A stretch of DNA of 63,584 nt, the filler included, from Chiloscyllium plagiosum (lineage: Eukaryota): NCBI RefSeq assembly GCF_004010195.1. It is 6 parts of one record of this genome, joined end to end, with 100 filler letters (N's around TTAATTAATTAA, not from the genome) between each part and the next. Parts side by side here need not be neighbours in the genome. Positions count along the whole stretch, not along the records: positions 19,698 to 26,080 come from NC_057717.1; positions 26,181 to 43,687 come from NC_057717.1; 4 more parts are not named here. One strand, written 5' to 3'. Made by a program: the position numbers and the translations under genes. Below the pieces are notes generated by a model. That model ran no database searches. It was not told the DNA's origin and worked only from the letters and a program-made list of their open reading frames with translations. This document shows, piece after piece, positions 21,245 to 33,344 of the stretch. Every line of letters begins with the position of its first letter. Position 1 is the first letter of the stretch.

Positions 21245-23149
21245 AGTTGTGCGATGGGCTATCTGATCTTATGAATAAGTGAATTGCGTAAATTATGCAC
21301 ACCATAGATATTTCTCCTTGGTATTGGTGAAATTGTAAATAGCACAGTATGGTTCCAGGAGTATCGTCTGACCTCTGGGTGTGGGGCAAGCGCACTCCCA
21401 CTGTGACACTCTGCTCACAGTGATCAGAGCAAAAATGAAGAAATGGCTATGCAACAAGATCTGTTGAATTCTGTGAAGATTTGAAGTCAATGGAGTGGAG
21501 AGCCGGTGACAGCAGGAGATTAAAGTTGTGTGTGAGGAATTGTTTTCCACACTGGAGGAGAGTGCATAGTGCTCAATGTCATTATTTGGAATATCTTTCT
21601 TCTGCGCAGATATTTTTGACACGCCCTTGCATACAGGACAGACAATTTCAAAATACTAAATAATTCTAAACTGACAATTGATTTCAACAATGCAAAAAAC
21701 TTGATCTGTATCATTTTCCTGGGCCGTGGGACACCAGTCACTGTATTATCACAGCTACACAGTGAGCAAGTGTCAGAAGGAAAATGAGTGCAGTGCCAGA
21801 GCGCATGCTTGGAACAGCAGTTGACACACGGGGAAGTGCATTTCTCACAACAGGAACACTTCCCAAACAGCGGACTGCGGTGGAAGAATTCAGAGGGGCT
21901 TTATATTTTGGAATTTGATGCCAGAGACACAATGGAGATCTGTCATTGAGTCTGTTCAAGATGACGATTTTAACATTTCTACCAATGAAAAACAAAATAA
22001 AAGACTCATGGGCCAGGGAAAGCAAATGTTGAATTTGAACATTTCAACAAACTACCCATCTTTGCAATGAGTAGCTCACCAAATTCCTCAAACGGGGTCA
22101 GAACCACTGGTGAAGATGATCGCATAATGCCAGTTACCAGCTGTGGAATCAGAGAAACTCGGTTCCTTACCGTTAAAGTACAGCAAGGAATGTGGAGGTA
22201 AGCGTTAATGTGTCGCTTTAGTGCTGCAGGTTACCAGTGCAAGGTATCTCTGTGCCAGTATAGTGGGCTGTGCTCTGCCGAAGTTTTAAGTTTGAGCCTC
22301 ACATGGAGCAGCTTCGATTTGTTGTCGTGTTAAGAGGTACGGATGGAAGGTGATATTGAGCAAAGTCAAGTTTCTGGAAAAGTACCAGTTTTTGTGGATT
22401 GAGAAACTACCTTTTCTGGATAATGACACCTTGATCAACAAACATACTGCCAATATTTGAAACGTGAAGAGACATGTGTGGAGAGAGACCCGAAGGTGAC
22501 TTTTTAAATGGATGACGTTTCCCATGTGCACTGCATTAAATTCCGGGAAAATCGATGTTGAGCTGGTTCCCATGTTATGCAGTTTGCTGCAAACTCGCAA
22601 TGGTCATTGTAATAATAAAAAAAAATCCAGACTGATCGCATAGGGACCGTCTGAATATTGTTTTCAATTTTAGTCTGAGCATCTTTCAGCTGAAATGGTG
22701 TNNNNNNNNNNNNNNNNNNNNNNNNNNNNNNNNNNNNNNNNNNNNNNNNNNNNNNNNNNNNNNNNNNNNNNNNNNNNNNNNNNNNNNNNNNNNNNNNNNN
22801 NNNNNNNNNNNNNNNNNNNNNNNNNNNNNNNNNNNNNNNNNNNNNNNNNNNNNNNNNNNNNNNNNNNNNNNNNNNNNNNNNNNNNNNNNNNNNNNNNNNN
22901 NNNNNNNNNNNNNNNNNNNNNNNNNNNNNNNNNNNNNNNNNNNNNNNNNNNNNNNNNNNNNNNNNNNNNNNNNNNNNNNNNNNNNNNNNNNNNNNNNNNN
23001 NNNNNNNNNNNNNNNNNNNNNNNNNNNNNNNNNNNNNNNNNNNNNNNNNNNNNNNNNNNNNNNNNNNNNNNNNNNNNNNNNNNNAAGAAACTCTCATCCA
23101 ATCTTTTCTTTATCATTCACTAATAGTTTTGAAGCTCTAACTAAAGTTG

Positions 23150-23950
23150 CCTATTTATTCGAAAGAAGGAATTTCCCCGATTTCGTCACATCAAAACTCA
23201 CATTATGTGAAAATCTCTTTTGCTTACTTTTAAACTTGAGTGTTTCTGGTCCAGCATTTCCACATCTCGTGAATAAACTCCTCCATTCTGTCTATCATGC
23301 CGATGAAACTATTTCTATCCTTTCTGATGTCTTTATGTCTCGGGAAACCCCGTCCCTGGGCTTCCTAACAGTCTTGATATTCAGTAAGCAGCGTCTGTGC
23401 CTTTTCTAACATCTCCACATGTCTTTGGTGGAGAATGAGGATCGGGATTACACACAATGCTACCACTGAGGATGACCTAAAGATTTCAGAGTTACGTGAT
23501 GAACTCTTTGCTTTTTAAATATAATTTCTCTAAATCTCCATAACCTGAGTGAGTCTCAGCTATTTCTCGTGGTTACTGAAGTTCAAATACATCACAGTCG
23601 GGCTCTAGTCATTCCAGCAGTGATTCTGGACAGTAAACATCATTACGAAATTCCACTGTGGATCTGAAATCAACACTTTCCACATAGTAATTGTCGTAGC
23701 TATTGTATCGTATGTCCGTGTTCTTGCCCACTTTGTTCATCACTTCATGTGTCCCTGTATCGAGTTCTACTGAATTATTAATTTGTGAATGGAGACATTC
23801 CCTTCACCTCTTAATTGAAACTCCATGGAGCATTGAATAATTGTACTTATATGCTTCCAGAGGACAGTCCTGCCATTACTGCAATTAATCAGTGAATTTT
23901 CTCCACGTATCCTCGAAGGCAAGGATTTCCTTCGACATTTAGGCGATTAT
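23150..23950 (-). mobile_element. highly degraded CR1-like RT C-terminal remnant
   Basis: Weak similarity to CR1 motifs (e.g. TTACACACAATGCTACCACTGAGG corresponds to the RPHLEYCVQFW region). Confidence 0.4.
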
Positions 23951-24404
23951 TACAGCACTGAAGCCCATGTATGCGTTCATTCAAACTAAAGCAGTTGCAG
24001 CAAAAGTTTCAGACTAGGTTTTTGCAATCTGCTTGCATTACATGTCCTAAAAGTTACATTCCAAATTGTGGTATGTTTGTAAATGATAGCATTTTCGGAA
24101 TCTTGAGCAATGACATTTAAATTTTGCCCGAACACTATCATTCACTGTTCTCTCTTTCCCGTATGGTTCCTCATTTAATATCCTGTATTTTTTCAGTTTA
24201 TCTTACTATTTCAACAATTCAAACAATCTCACTGCTGATTACCAATCTGAGAGAATGTCATAATTTTGTTAATTTATATGCCGTGCAGCTGTAGGGCAAG
24301 GCGACCAATTGAAAAGGAATTGTTCACGTGAACCAAGTAGCAGTAGCGGGCTGGTGCAATCTGGCCATTCGATCGCAGTCATATTCAAAACATTTAACAT
24401 AATC

Positions 24405-24972
24405 TTGAGCTACGTCAGGGAGACAGGACGCCTTTTGCAGATCATTTCAGAGAACATCTCCGGGACACCCGCACCCACCAATGTCACCATCCCGTGACTG
24501 AATACTTCAAATCCCCCTCACACTCTATCAAAGATGTGCAGGTCCTGGGCCTCCTTCACCACCAAACCATAACCACCAAATACCTGGAAGAGGCACGCCG
24601 TACATTCCACCTTGGGACTCTGCCACCTCACGGGATAAGTGTGGATTTGAACAGTGTCTCATTTCTCTTTCCCCACGTCCCTAGCCTCAAACTTGGCACA
24701 GCCACCTGGGCCTTTTCCATCACTGCTCCTTCTAACCTATCATCTTCTCCCTCACCTTCATCCGACTATTGCTTTCCCAGCTACCTCCGCCCAATCCCAC
24801 ACCCGTAACATTTATCTCTCTGTCCCCGAATCACATACTTTATTCCTGGTGAAGGGCTTATGCCTGAAACGTGGGCTCTCTTGCTCTTCGGAAGCTGACT
24901 GACCTGCTGTGCTTTTCCAGCACCACACTCCCGACTCTGATCTCCAGCATCTGCCGTCCTAACTTTCTCCTA
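24405..24972 (+). mobile_element. Penelope-like element 3' part: GIY-YIG endonuclease C-terminus and terminal repeat
   Basis: YVRETGRLL..; FKSPSHSIKDVQVLGLLH..LEEARRTFHLGTLPPHGISVDL; CTGGTGAAGGGCTTATGCCTGAAACG hammerhead remnant. Confidence 0.88.
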
Positions 24973-26399
24973 GGAATATTCAATGACGTNNNNGGAATGG
25001 TATCAGATAGCGAAGTTAGGGCGGGCTGAAGTGAAGGGGAAAATTCTGTCAGAAGGTCGGTCACTACGACTGCATCATATCGCCCAGACTGTAAAAGACA
25101 CGCAGAAGGAGCAAATCAACTTCAGTGCAGGCACAATGACAGGTAAAGTGGAAAGGAGAAAATACAACACACTGCCATGTATTGGAATTATTTATGAGAA
25201 AGGGTTCAGTATTTAAGCTATTTTACACACATTGGAAACAGGGAATTTCCAGCAGTGTAATGGCGATATTTGCCTGTGGCATCACAATTCCAAGAGACAC
25301 TGACATATTACCTTCTGTCGCAACGTGGCCAAGGAAAACCATGATAGCCCATCAATCAGAATTCAATACTTTAAAGCTCTCCTCTGCACCATACAAACTA
25401 TTTGCTGCTCCTGTATTCAGATCCCATTCGCTTCGCTGTGTATCTTTTTTCTGCTTCCTGCCTCACGTAAACACTTGAAACCTGATCTAATCACCAGCAT
25501 TTCCACTTAAACCCATCTTTTGTAACGCCTGAGCTGACACAGGTACGAGAGACCGATTGGCCTTCTCGAGTGCTCTCACTCTAGTATGATCTGAATGATA
25601 AAGTGCACTGTTTCCGATCCGCAGGACACACTGCAGAATTTCCCCACGCGGGACGGTGCTGTTTATCCCATCCCCACAGACTGAGCTGCCTCCATTAGTA
25701 GAGCTGTCTCCATTGTTAGAGTAACACACAGTCACAGTGAATATCTTTTGATGTCATCCTCGAAGGTACATGCTCCAAAAGGCTGAAGACTGCGGGAAAT
25801 TGCTGTGGTCTGCGCTACCACAGAAGCCCAACGGGAGCCTGATGGGCCCATAAACCAGAAATTAATGGATTAAAAAAATATTCTTTTTAGAAGAATCCGA
25901 TTCAGACCATTCTCTTAACACCTCCTGGGGAGAAAATGGATGTGGGAGAGCGGACAGGCTCAACTGTTTCCAGCATTTACAATCTTGGTCCGTGTGACAA
26001 CAAAAGCAGAAACCTGGAACTGTTTATCTTGCTTCTGAAAAACAGGTGAGTAAATTTTGAAGAGCATAGATGTTTCTTCTNNNNNNNNNNNNNNNNNNNN
26101 NNNNNNNNNNNNNNNNNNNNNNNNTTAATTAATTAANNNNNNNNNNNNNNNNNNNNNNNNNNNNNNNNNNNNNNNNNNNNTCTGGAGGGAGTCAGTCCAC
26201 AGTGTCGTATCCATGCAATGTAGTGTGTGTGGGGGGGGGGGGGAGGGGGGGAATAATGGGGAGAGAGAGAGAGAGAAGGAAGGTGCTGCAAGCAGCAGTG
26301 AGAGTGGTGGAGCACGAACGTTGTTCTGAGTCGCTGCTGCAACAGATTTACAGTGAGTGTGAGGGAGCAGAGAGAATACGGTGACCCTTATCCTGACAG

Positions 26400-26860
26400 A
26401 GCGGGGAAGTTTATTAATGCTTGTCCTGTATTGCTGGGCATTTCTTCAGACCGCAGATACTGAATTGAGCTGGGTGGTGATCTCAGAGCAAGCCAGATTG
26501 GTTTGATAGTGTGACCCCCTCTGGAAAGAAAATGGTCCGCCTCTGTACTAGCCCATCCACCAGGACCTCCGTGCCCCTGTCGACAAACTGTGGTGGAATT
26601 GCCCCTTATATGCCATGCTCAGGGTAAACTGCAAACCAGCTCCGAAATCAAAAAAAGCTCAACTGTGTGCCCACTGGCTTTTTAAAGATGGCACCAGTGC
26701 CAAGGATCACATAATATCCAGTGGCATCAGTGCGATGATGAGTACCTCCAGCCGTGATGGGTGGGAGAACAGGGCTGGTATTGATGAGAGGTACACCTTG
26801 GGGTAGGGGAGGTAGTTAATGAGGTGAGTTCGATAAGGTAGCACCCGGAAACTAACACGA
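26400..26860 (-). mobile_element. possible Tx1/L1-clade endonuclease remnant
   Basis: Degenerate matches to LINVYAP (LINYLP), GDFNCIIDA (GGTHHRTDA) and SDH motifs in the expected order. Confidence 0.3.
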
Positions 26861-26989
26861 CCTTGTGCAGACAATCCCTCTGTCACACTCAATGAAGATG
26901 CCACTGAGATAAATTATGGTTCGATTCAGCCCAATGACACGAAGACACTGTTCACCCCAATCCCAGTTACAACGCTGCAACTGCTTGAC

Positions 26990-29533
26990 CAATGCTCTCC
27001 ATCACAGAGAAGGAGCTAAACGTCACCTTCCCCTTGGGAAATAAGGCAGGGCAGGGGACTGAGATATCAGTGGGGAAGCACTTTGGGACACATAATCATA
27101 ATTCTAGTAGTTTTAAAATAGAGATGGAAAAGGATGAACTGGGTCTAAAAGATAATGTTCTAAATTGGAGGAAGGCCAATTTTGATGATATTAGCAAAAA
27201 AATTCCAAACTCGATTGGCAAAGATATTGGCAGTTACAGCGCCAACTAAGTAGAGAGAAGCCTTCAAAAATGGGATGTCAAAATCACAGAGACAGTCTGT
27301 CTCTGTTAGACTGAAGGGTAAGGCTGGTAGGTGTAAGGAATGCTGGAGGACTGGAAACATTGGGTGTCTGGTCACGGATAAGAGGGAAGCATATGTCAGG
27401 TAGAGACAGCAGGAGTCAATGTTTTTTTTCAGTACTCATTTACGGGATGAGGGTATCACTGCTTGGCCCTGCATTCATTAACCATCACTAATTGCCCAGA
27501 GGGCAGTTACGAGTCAAACACATTGTTCTCGGTCTGGAGAGACATGTAATCCAGGCCTGGTAAGGAGGCAGTTTGCTTCCTTCAAGACCATCAGCGAACC
27601 TGATGTTTTTTTCCAAAAATCGAAAATGGATACTTCATCGTCATTTGGCTCTTAATTCCAGATTTAAAGTGACTGTCGAGAAGAGTCTGAAGCCAGTAGG
27701 TGTATACATAAGAGGGAAATCCGGAGGCCATAAAGGAGACATGAGATAGTTCTGGCAAATAGGGTTAAGGAGAATCCAAAGGGACTTTACACATACATTA
27801 AGGACAAAAGAGTAACTCAGGAGAGTTTTCGGCCTCTCGAAGCTCAGCAAGGTTGCCGATGTGCAAAACCGCAGGAGATGGAGGCGATATTAAACAAGCA
27901 TCGTGCATCGGTATTGACTGTGTGGAAGGATACGGAAGCTAAAGAACTTTGGAAATAAACCGTGACATCTTGAAAAGTGAGTTTATTACAGAGAAGGAGA
28001 TGCTGGAGTTCGTAAAACTCGTAAAGGTGGGAAAATCTTCAGGACCTGATCAGATGTACCCTAGAACTCTGTGGGAAGCGAGTGAAGTGTTTGCTGGGCC
28101 TCTTGCTGAGATATTTCTATCGTCAATTGTCACAGATGAGGTACTGGAAGATAGGAGGCTTGCGAAATTGGTGCGATTACTGACAACATTTAAGAAAGAT
28201 GGTAAGGAAAAGCTAGTGAGCCTGACTTCAGTGGAGTGCAAGCTGTTGGTAAGGATTATGATGCACAAGGTTTGCATGGATTTTGAAAAGCAAGGACTGA
28301 TAAGTGACAGGCAAAATGGCTCGAAGCATGGAAAGTTGTGTCTCACTAAATTGACTGAGTATTTTTGAAGAAGTGACTAAGAGGATTCATTGAGGCAGAG
28401 GTGTACATTATTAATATAGACTTCAGTAATGCATTTAACAACTTTCTGCATAGTGGATTGGTTAACAAGTTTAGTTCATATGGAATACAGGGAGAATTAG
28501 CCATGTGCATACAGAATTAGCCCGAAGGCAGGAGACAGAGGGTGGTGGTGAAGGACTAATTTTCGAACAGGAGGGTTTTGACCATTGGTGTGCTACAAGG
28601 ATTGGTGCTGGCTCCACTGCTTTTCACTATTCACATATATCGTTTGGATGTGAACATTGCAGTAACAGTTGCTAAGTTTGCAGATGACACCAAAATTGAT
28701 GGAGTAGTGGACAGCAAAGAAGGTTTATCTCAGAGTACAATGGGATCTTGATCAGGTCGGCAGATGGGCTGAGAATTGGCAGATGGTTTTTAATCTAGAT
28801 AAATGGGAGGTGCTGCATTTTGCAAATGCAAATCAGGGCAGGACATATACACTTAATGGTAAGATCCTGGGGAGTGTTGCGGAACAAAGAGACCTTGGAA
28901 TGCAGGTTCATAGTTTCTTGAAAGTAGAGTCACAGAAAGATAGCATAGTGAAGAAAGTATTTGGTATGCTTGCCTCAATTGGCCAATGATTTGACTCTAT
29001 GAATTGGGTGGTCATGTTGCTGCTGTACAGCATAGTGTACTTTGTCCACTTTTAGAATACTGCATTCAATTCTTGTCTCCTTCCTTTTGGAAATATATTG
29101 TGAAACTTGAAGGAGTCAGTCCAGATTTACAAGGATGTTGCCAGGATTGGAGCTATAGGGAGCGTGCGAGTAGGTTGGGGTCTTTATTCCTGTAGCATGA
29201 GGAGCATGCATAGCGTGTATAGCCAAGTTCTTTTTCCCCAAACCTAGAGGGCATGGATTTCCGATGAGAGGGAAAAGATTTTAAAATGACCTAAGGAGCA
29301 ACTTTTTCCCACAGATGGTGGCGCATGTGTGGAATGACCTACTAGACGAGGCGGTGGAGGCTTTTACAATTACAAAAGGCATTCGGATGGGTACATGAAG
29401 AGGAAGGGTTTACATCGATATTGGCCAAATGCTGGCAAATGTGATTTGTTTAATTTGGGATATCCCATCAGCATGGACGAGTTAGACTGAAGCGTCTTAT
29501 TCCGTGCTGTACATTTCCGAGACTCTTACTCTA
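26990..29533 (+). mobile_element. CR1 ORF2 (endonuclease end through RT) and 3' tail, degraded
   Basis: NWRKANFD, KSSGPDQMYPRTLWE, SKFADDTK (AAGTTTGCAGATGACACCAAA at 28674), FNLDKWEVLHF, tail CCGTGCTGTACATTTCCGAGACTCTTACTCTA. Confidence 0.92.
27421..27667 (-). mobile_element. DeuSINE/SacSINE1-like SINE inserted in the CR1
   Basis: Poly-T start, AATTGCCCAGAGGGCAGTTACGAGTCAA..GGTCTGGAGAGACATGTA; inverse homolog of 8650-8948. Confidence 0.65.
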
Positions 29534-29736
29534 TCTGACGTTGCACCAATATCGTATTAATTCATCATTCTCGGAATTACTAACCTACGTTGCTAGATAT
29601 GTTCGAAATGTCTTCATTTCAGCATGCTGAAACCTGCAAACACATCCTTCCATAACACTGACTCAGTGTCTCTCTCCCTCTGTCTATTTCCCAAATCCCT
29701 CCCATTTGTTGGTGTTTAAACTGCTTTCCCGCCATC

Positions 29737-29958
29737 CAGTTTTAATTGTCTAGTTTTAATGTGAATACCTGTCCTATATCTTTTACTGCCCTTGAATGTT
29801 GCTCACCCAAGAACATCAGCTTCCAAAACTAAGAAACTTAGAAACAATGTTTAAAAAGCATTGCTTGCGTTTTCTTTGACTTCCCAGTGTCCTGCCCTGT
29901 GCTCCATGTTGGATAGTGGGGTTTATCAGTTTTGAGTCACACCTTTGTAACTTGCTCC
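29737..29958 (+). repeat. direct repeat copy 1 (~222 bp)
   Basis: Near-identical to 31779-32001 (about 4 differences by eye). Confidence 0.95.
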
Positions 29959-30049
29959 GTGCCTAACCATTGAACGCCTGTGTTAATCAATCTCTGATGC
30001 TCATGTGCGCAGTAACATGTTAGTGATTCAGACCAGGCTTCTCACTTGC

Positions 30050-30275
30050 ATTTGACTGATATTTGACTTAACTCTAGTTTTTGTACGTTCGTGGAAATGC
30101 TGGGGATGGTTTCCTGGCGGCTGTGTTTTAAGCTGCTGTAAAAATTCATGAATACCAGAGGCTTTGGTGACCCAACTCTGGATGAAACATGGTGACTGTA
30201 GTTACAGCATCTGGATCTGCAACATGACCAACAAATGGAGCAGAGGCTGCAGAGAGGGGAATATCTGTAAAATGG
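30050..30275 (-). other. triplicated exon-like module, copy C
   Basis: Minus strand ttttacagATATTCCCCCTCTCTGCAGCCTCTGCTCCATTTGTTGGTCATGTTGCAGATCCAGATGCTGTAACTACAGTC; homologous to 33037-33330 and 44510-44805. Confidence 0.7.
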
Positions 30276-30399
30276 AATGAGGGAATTCCAATCAGATCTG
30301 GTTTTGAAGAATGTTGGAGCAGGATTGAATGGCTCGCTTAAGCATCTTATTCAGATATTTCTGTTAGTAACAAGCCAATTTTCCTTTTCTCCCAGTGTG

Positions 30400-30700
30400 G
30401 CAGACTGGTGAATATTAAGTCACCTCCTCCTGTTCCTAGGGAACAGAAATCTGGGGCCTCACTAGCCTCCAGATTTCCCTGTATCCCAGTCTCGAAAAAA
30501 TGAGTGGCTGCCTCCTGTTCCTGTGTTCCAGTATGGAGCATTTGACTGTCTACCTCCTGTCCCTGAGTCCCAGTTTCAAACAGTTGAAAGACTGTCTCCT
30601 GTCTCTGTGTCCCAGTCTCGAAAAGTTGAAAGACTTCCTCCTGTCCCTGTGTCCCAGTCTGGAGAGTTAAGTGACTACCTCCTGTTTCTCCCTGTTCCTG
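30400..30700 (+). repeat. minisatellite, ~39-42 bp unit
   Basis: Repeated CCTCCTGTCCCTGTGTCCCAGTCT(C)GAAAAGTTGAAAGACT. Confidence 0.8.
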
Positions 30701-31302
30701 AGCAGCAGTGTCAATGCTCTGAATGATATCACAAGGTTAAGAAAGGACTTGATAACAGGGAATATCAAACTTGGAGCAGCATTACACAAAGGTATGTAGA
30801 AACTTCTCCACCAAACATTTTATGCATCTCGTCTGTTATTTTATTCCTGTCTCCTTTTATAAACAGGGTGAAACGTATGCAACAGTGCAGTTTTCCGACA
30901 ATACTCCTACCTACAGGGAAGACAGATTAAAATAATTGAAAGATTTATGGTCTATCCCTCAGCAACTCTCACCCATTCCAACTAAACCGAGTAAATGTTC
31001 CCTTTCATTGTGTTATGTAAATTGATGTAAGGAACTGGTTAACTGAACCTGTTTGTTTGGTGACTGTGACTATTGACAGTCTCCATGGATTCTCATTATC
31101 CCAGTGGAGGGTTTCCATCTTTTAATGATAAAAGGGCTCCATTCCATATGTTATCCCATGTTGTGGGCGGGGGCATCACCGATAGCACTAACAGGGATCG
31201 ACTGCTCCAGAGAGAGGTAGAGATCAGAAACTGGGACCATTAGACTGGGAAACTCCAACAGCGGATCAGAATCTGAGAACATTATACGGGAATGTTACAA
31301 CA

Positions 31303-31523
31303 ATGGATCAGAATCTGAGAACATTCGATTGGACAGTTCCAACAGTGGATCAGAATCTGAGAACAATAGATTGGACAGTTCCAACAATGGACAGGAGGTT
31401 ATCCTATTAAGTTTTGGATTCTTTCTACATATTCTTGGTGGCCGTTATCGTCGCGGATCAATTACGCACTTTACACTATTCAATGTTTTTATTACCCTAT
31501 CCTGGCTGTTGTTGGTGTTCCTA
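31303..31523 (+). pseudogene. first coding exon of a GPR139/GPR142-like orphan GPCR; frameshifted; exon 2 not found in the window
   Basis: MDQNLRTFDWTVPTVDQNLRTIDWTVPTMDRRLSY, then a 1-nt shift at ~31405-31411, then FWILSTYSWWPLSSRINYALYTIQCFYYPILAVVGVP and A|gtaagt. YYPIL..VGVP ending at a phase-1 donor matches my recollection of the TM1 exon boundary in this family. Confidence 0.8.
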
Positions 31524-31778
31524 GTAAGTTTCACTGTCGATATATTATTTGCATTAACCATGTGCGAAAGTATTACTGTTCTTTTCATTTATTCTACTTT
31601 GTAAGCATTCACGCTCCAAACCACAACAACAACAGTGAACTTGTTCATTCTTTCTCTCGTTCTTTACTTCTGGCACTGGGCCTTGTTGGTTGACCTACTC
31701 ACTTTCAGGTATGAAACCAAATTCATTGCATCACTACCCTTGCAATTTAAATATTGAACGCTTGGAGGTCACTGTCTT

Positions 31779-32001
31779 CAGTTTTAATTGTCTAGTTTTA
31801 ATGTGAATACCTGTCCTATATCTTTTACTGCCCTTGAATGTTGTTCACCCAAGAACATCAGCTTCCAAAACTAAGAAACTTAGAAACAACGTTTAAAAAG
31901 CATTGCTTGCGTTTTCTTTGACTTCCCAGTGTCCTGCCCTGTGCTCCATGGTGGATAGTGGGGTTTTATCAGTTTTGAGTCACACCTTTGTAACTTGCTC
32001 C
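31779..32001 (+). repeat. direct repeat copy 2 (~223 bp)
   Basis: Near-identical to 29737-29958. Confidence 0.95.
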
Positions 32002-33036
32002 ACTGGTTCATCCCATCTGCTGTTTGAACCTTCAGCTATGAAACACAGTCTTAATAAAAGTAATAATCTGCTGCTGCTTAACCAAATGTGAGTCGGTATT
32101 CCATGGCTTGTATCTAAACGCAGACCAAAATCCCATCATTCCTGGACGGATTGCTTTATATTGTTGTTGGGTCTGGCAATGCCTTTACTTTAATATTCAC
32201 AAGCACATCGTCACCTCTGTCTATGACACGGTCCTTTGTCTTCCTCTGTTAATGACACAAAGCCCTGCCAGTTATTCACATTTAAGCTGATTTCCTCTCT
32301 GTCGATTCTCTCTCAAACAATAATTTTCATATCTACTACCACCAACACACACACAAGCTCTTGCCTCATATTTCGGCAGTGGAGATACAGAGCGATACAT
32401 TTGTGGGGGCCCATTTACTGTCACTCACTGCATGGGTTACAAATCTTCCCGTGCAATGTATTTCTGTAGTGCCAGTATAGTAGCAATATACTGGCAAAGG
32501 TTTGCAATGGTCCCCATGCTGGGCAGGTAGGACAGTTTATAGAGTAGTCCACTAGCATGGTGTGCATAGCTCTCCATTCTGGCTGGTCCCTTGTCCCAAG
32601 TTATGGTGCCTGGGATGGTTCTGTGAGGCAGTTTCACAATTTGATTTAATTAACAATTTCAACTGATCCTGCAATAATTTTATTGAATCCTATCATTCTT
32701 GTGATTGGACCGACCATTGTCTCACTTCTCCAGTTACTCCCACTCCCTTGTCTCCTTATCCATATTTTCACAACATGTTATCAGTTAATGAATTGTTTGT
32801 TTTTCTGTACCTTTCCCTGGTGTTGTATTTTGGCTACCGAGTATATCGAGTATTGGCATTGTGAAGCTCCGAAACAATGAAATGGTATGTGGAGGGCTGT
32901 TGCTCCAAGTTGAAAAGGGGGTCCCAGCAGCTTTGAGACACGTCTTTGAAACTTGATCTGTGCCTGACCACTGAAAGCCTGTGTTTGTCCCTCTCAGATG
33001 ATTGTGCGGTTCATAACATGAGGAAACCCCTCGAGG

Positions 33037-33330
33037 TTTATTGTCAAGGAACAGGTCTCTAACTTGGAGCTGAGGGGCTTTTGACTGACTCCTGTTATTG
33101 TAAAGTTAGTGGAGCTGCTGGAGATGGTTTACTGGAGGTTGTGCTGTGAGCTGCCTCAGACATTCAGGGAGACCTGTGGATTTGTTAACACAACTCTGGA
33201 TGGAGCATGGGGACTGTAGTTACAGCATCTGGGTCTGCAACATGAACAACAAATGGAGCAGAGACTGAGAGAGGGGAAGCTCTGAAATCACAGTGTGTGT
33301 GTGAGGAAAGGGATCTGCTAAATCTGCCTG
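33037..33330 (-). other. triplicated exon-like module, copy A, with AATAAA
   Basis: Pyrimidine tract and tandem CAG acceptors near 33285-33235; AATAAA at 33042-33037. Confidence 0.7.
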
Positions 33331-33344
33331 TGTTTTAACGAGGA

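Noticed and set aside
31258..31392. Regularly spaced repeats suggesting a CRISPR array (also 30400-30700 and 44921-45276)
   Set aside because: These are tandem units without unique spacers, in a eukaryotic context with no cas genes.
31329..31604. 91-aa hydrophobic ORF from the track
   Set aside because: It is an alternative frame of the GPCR exon reading through the donor into T-rich intron.
33040..33200. Ig V-like reading RVVLTNPQVSLNV*GSS..TISSSS..ITGVSQKP
   Set aside because: No canonical Cys or Trp in any of the three copies, no leader exon and no recombination signal (heptamer plus nonamer).
33225..33285. Hepcidin-like LSLCSICCSCC
   Set aside because: The 8-Cys pattern is incomplete, there is no RxxR cleavage site or signal-peptide exon, and the Cys residues are not conserved across copies.
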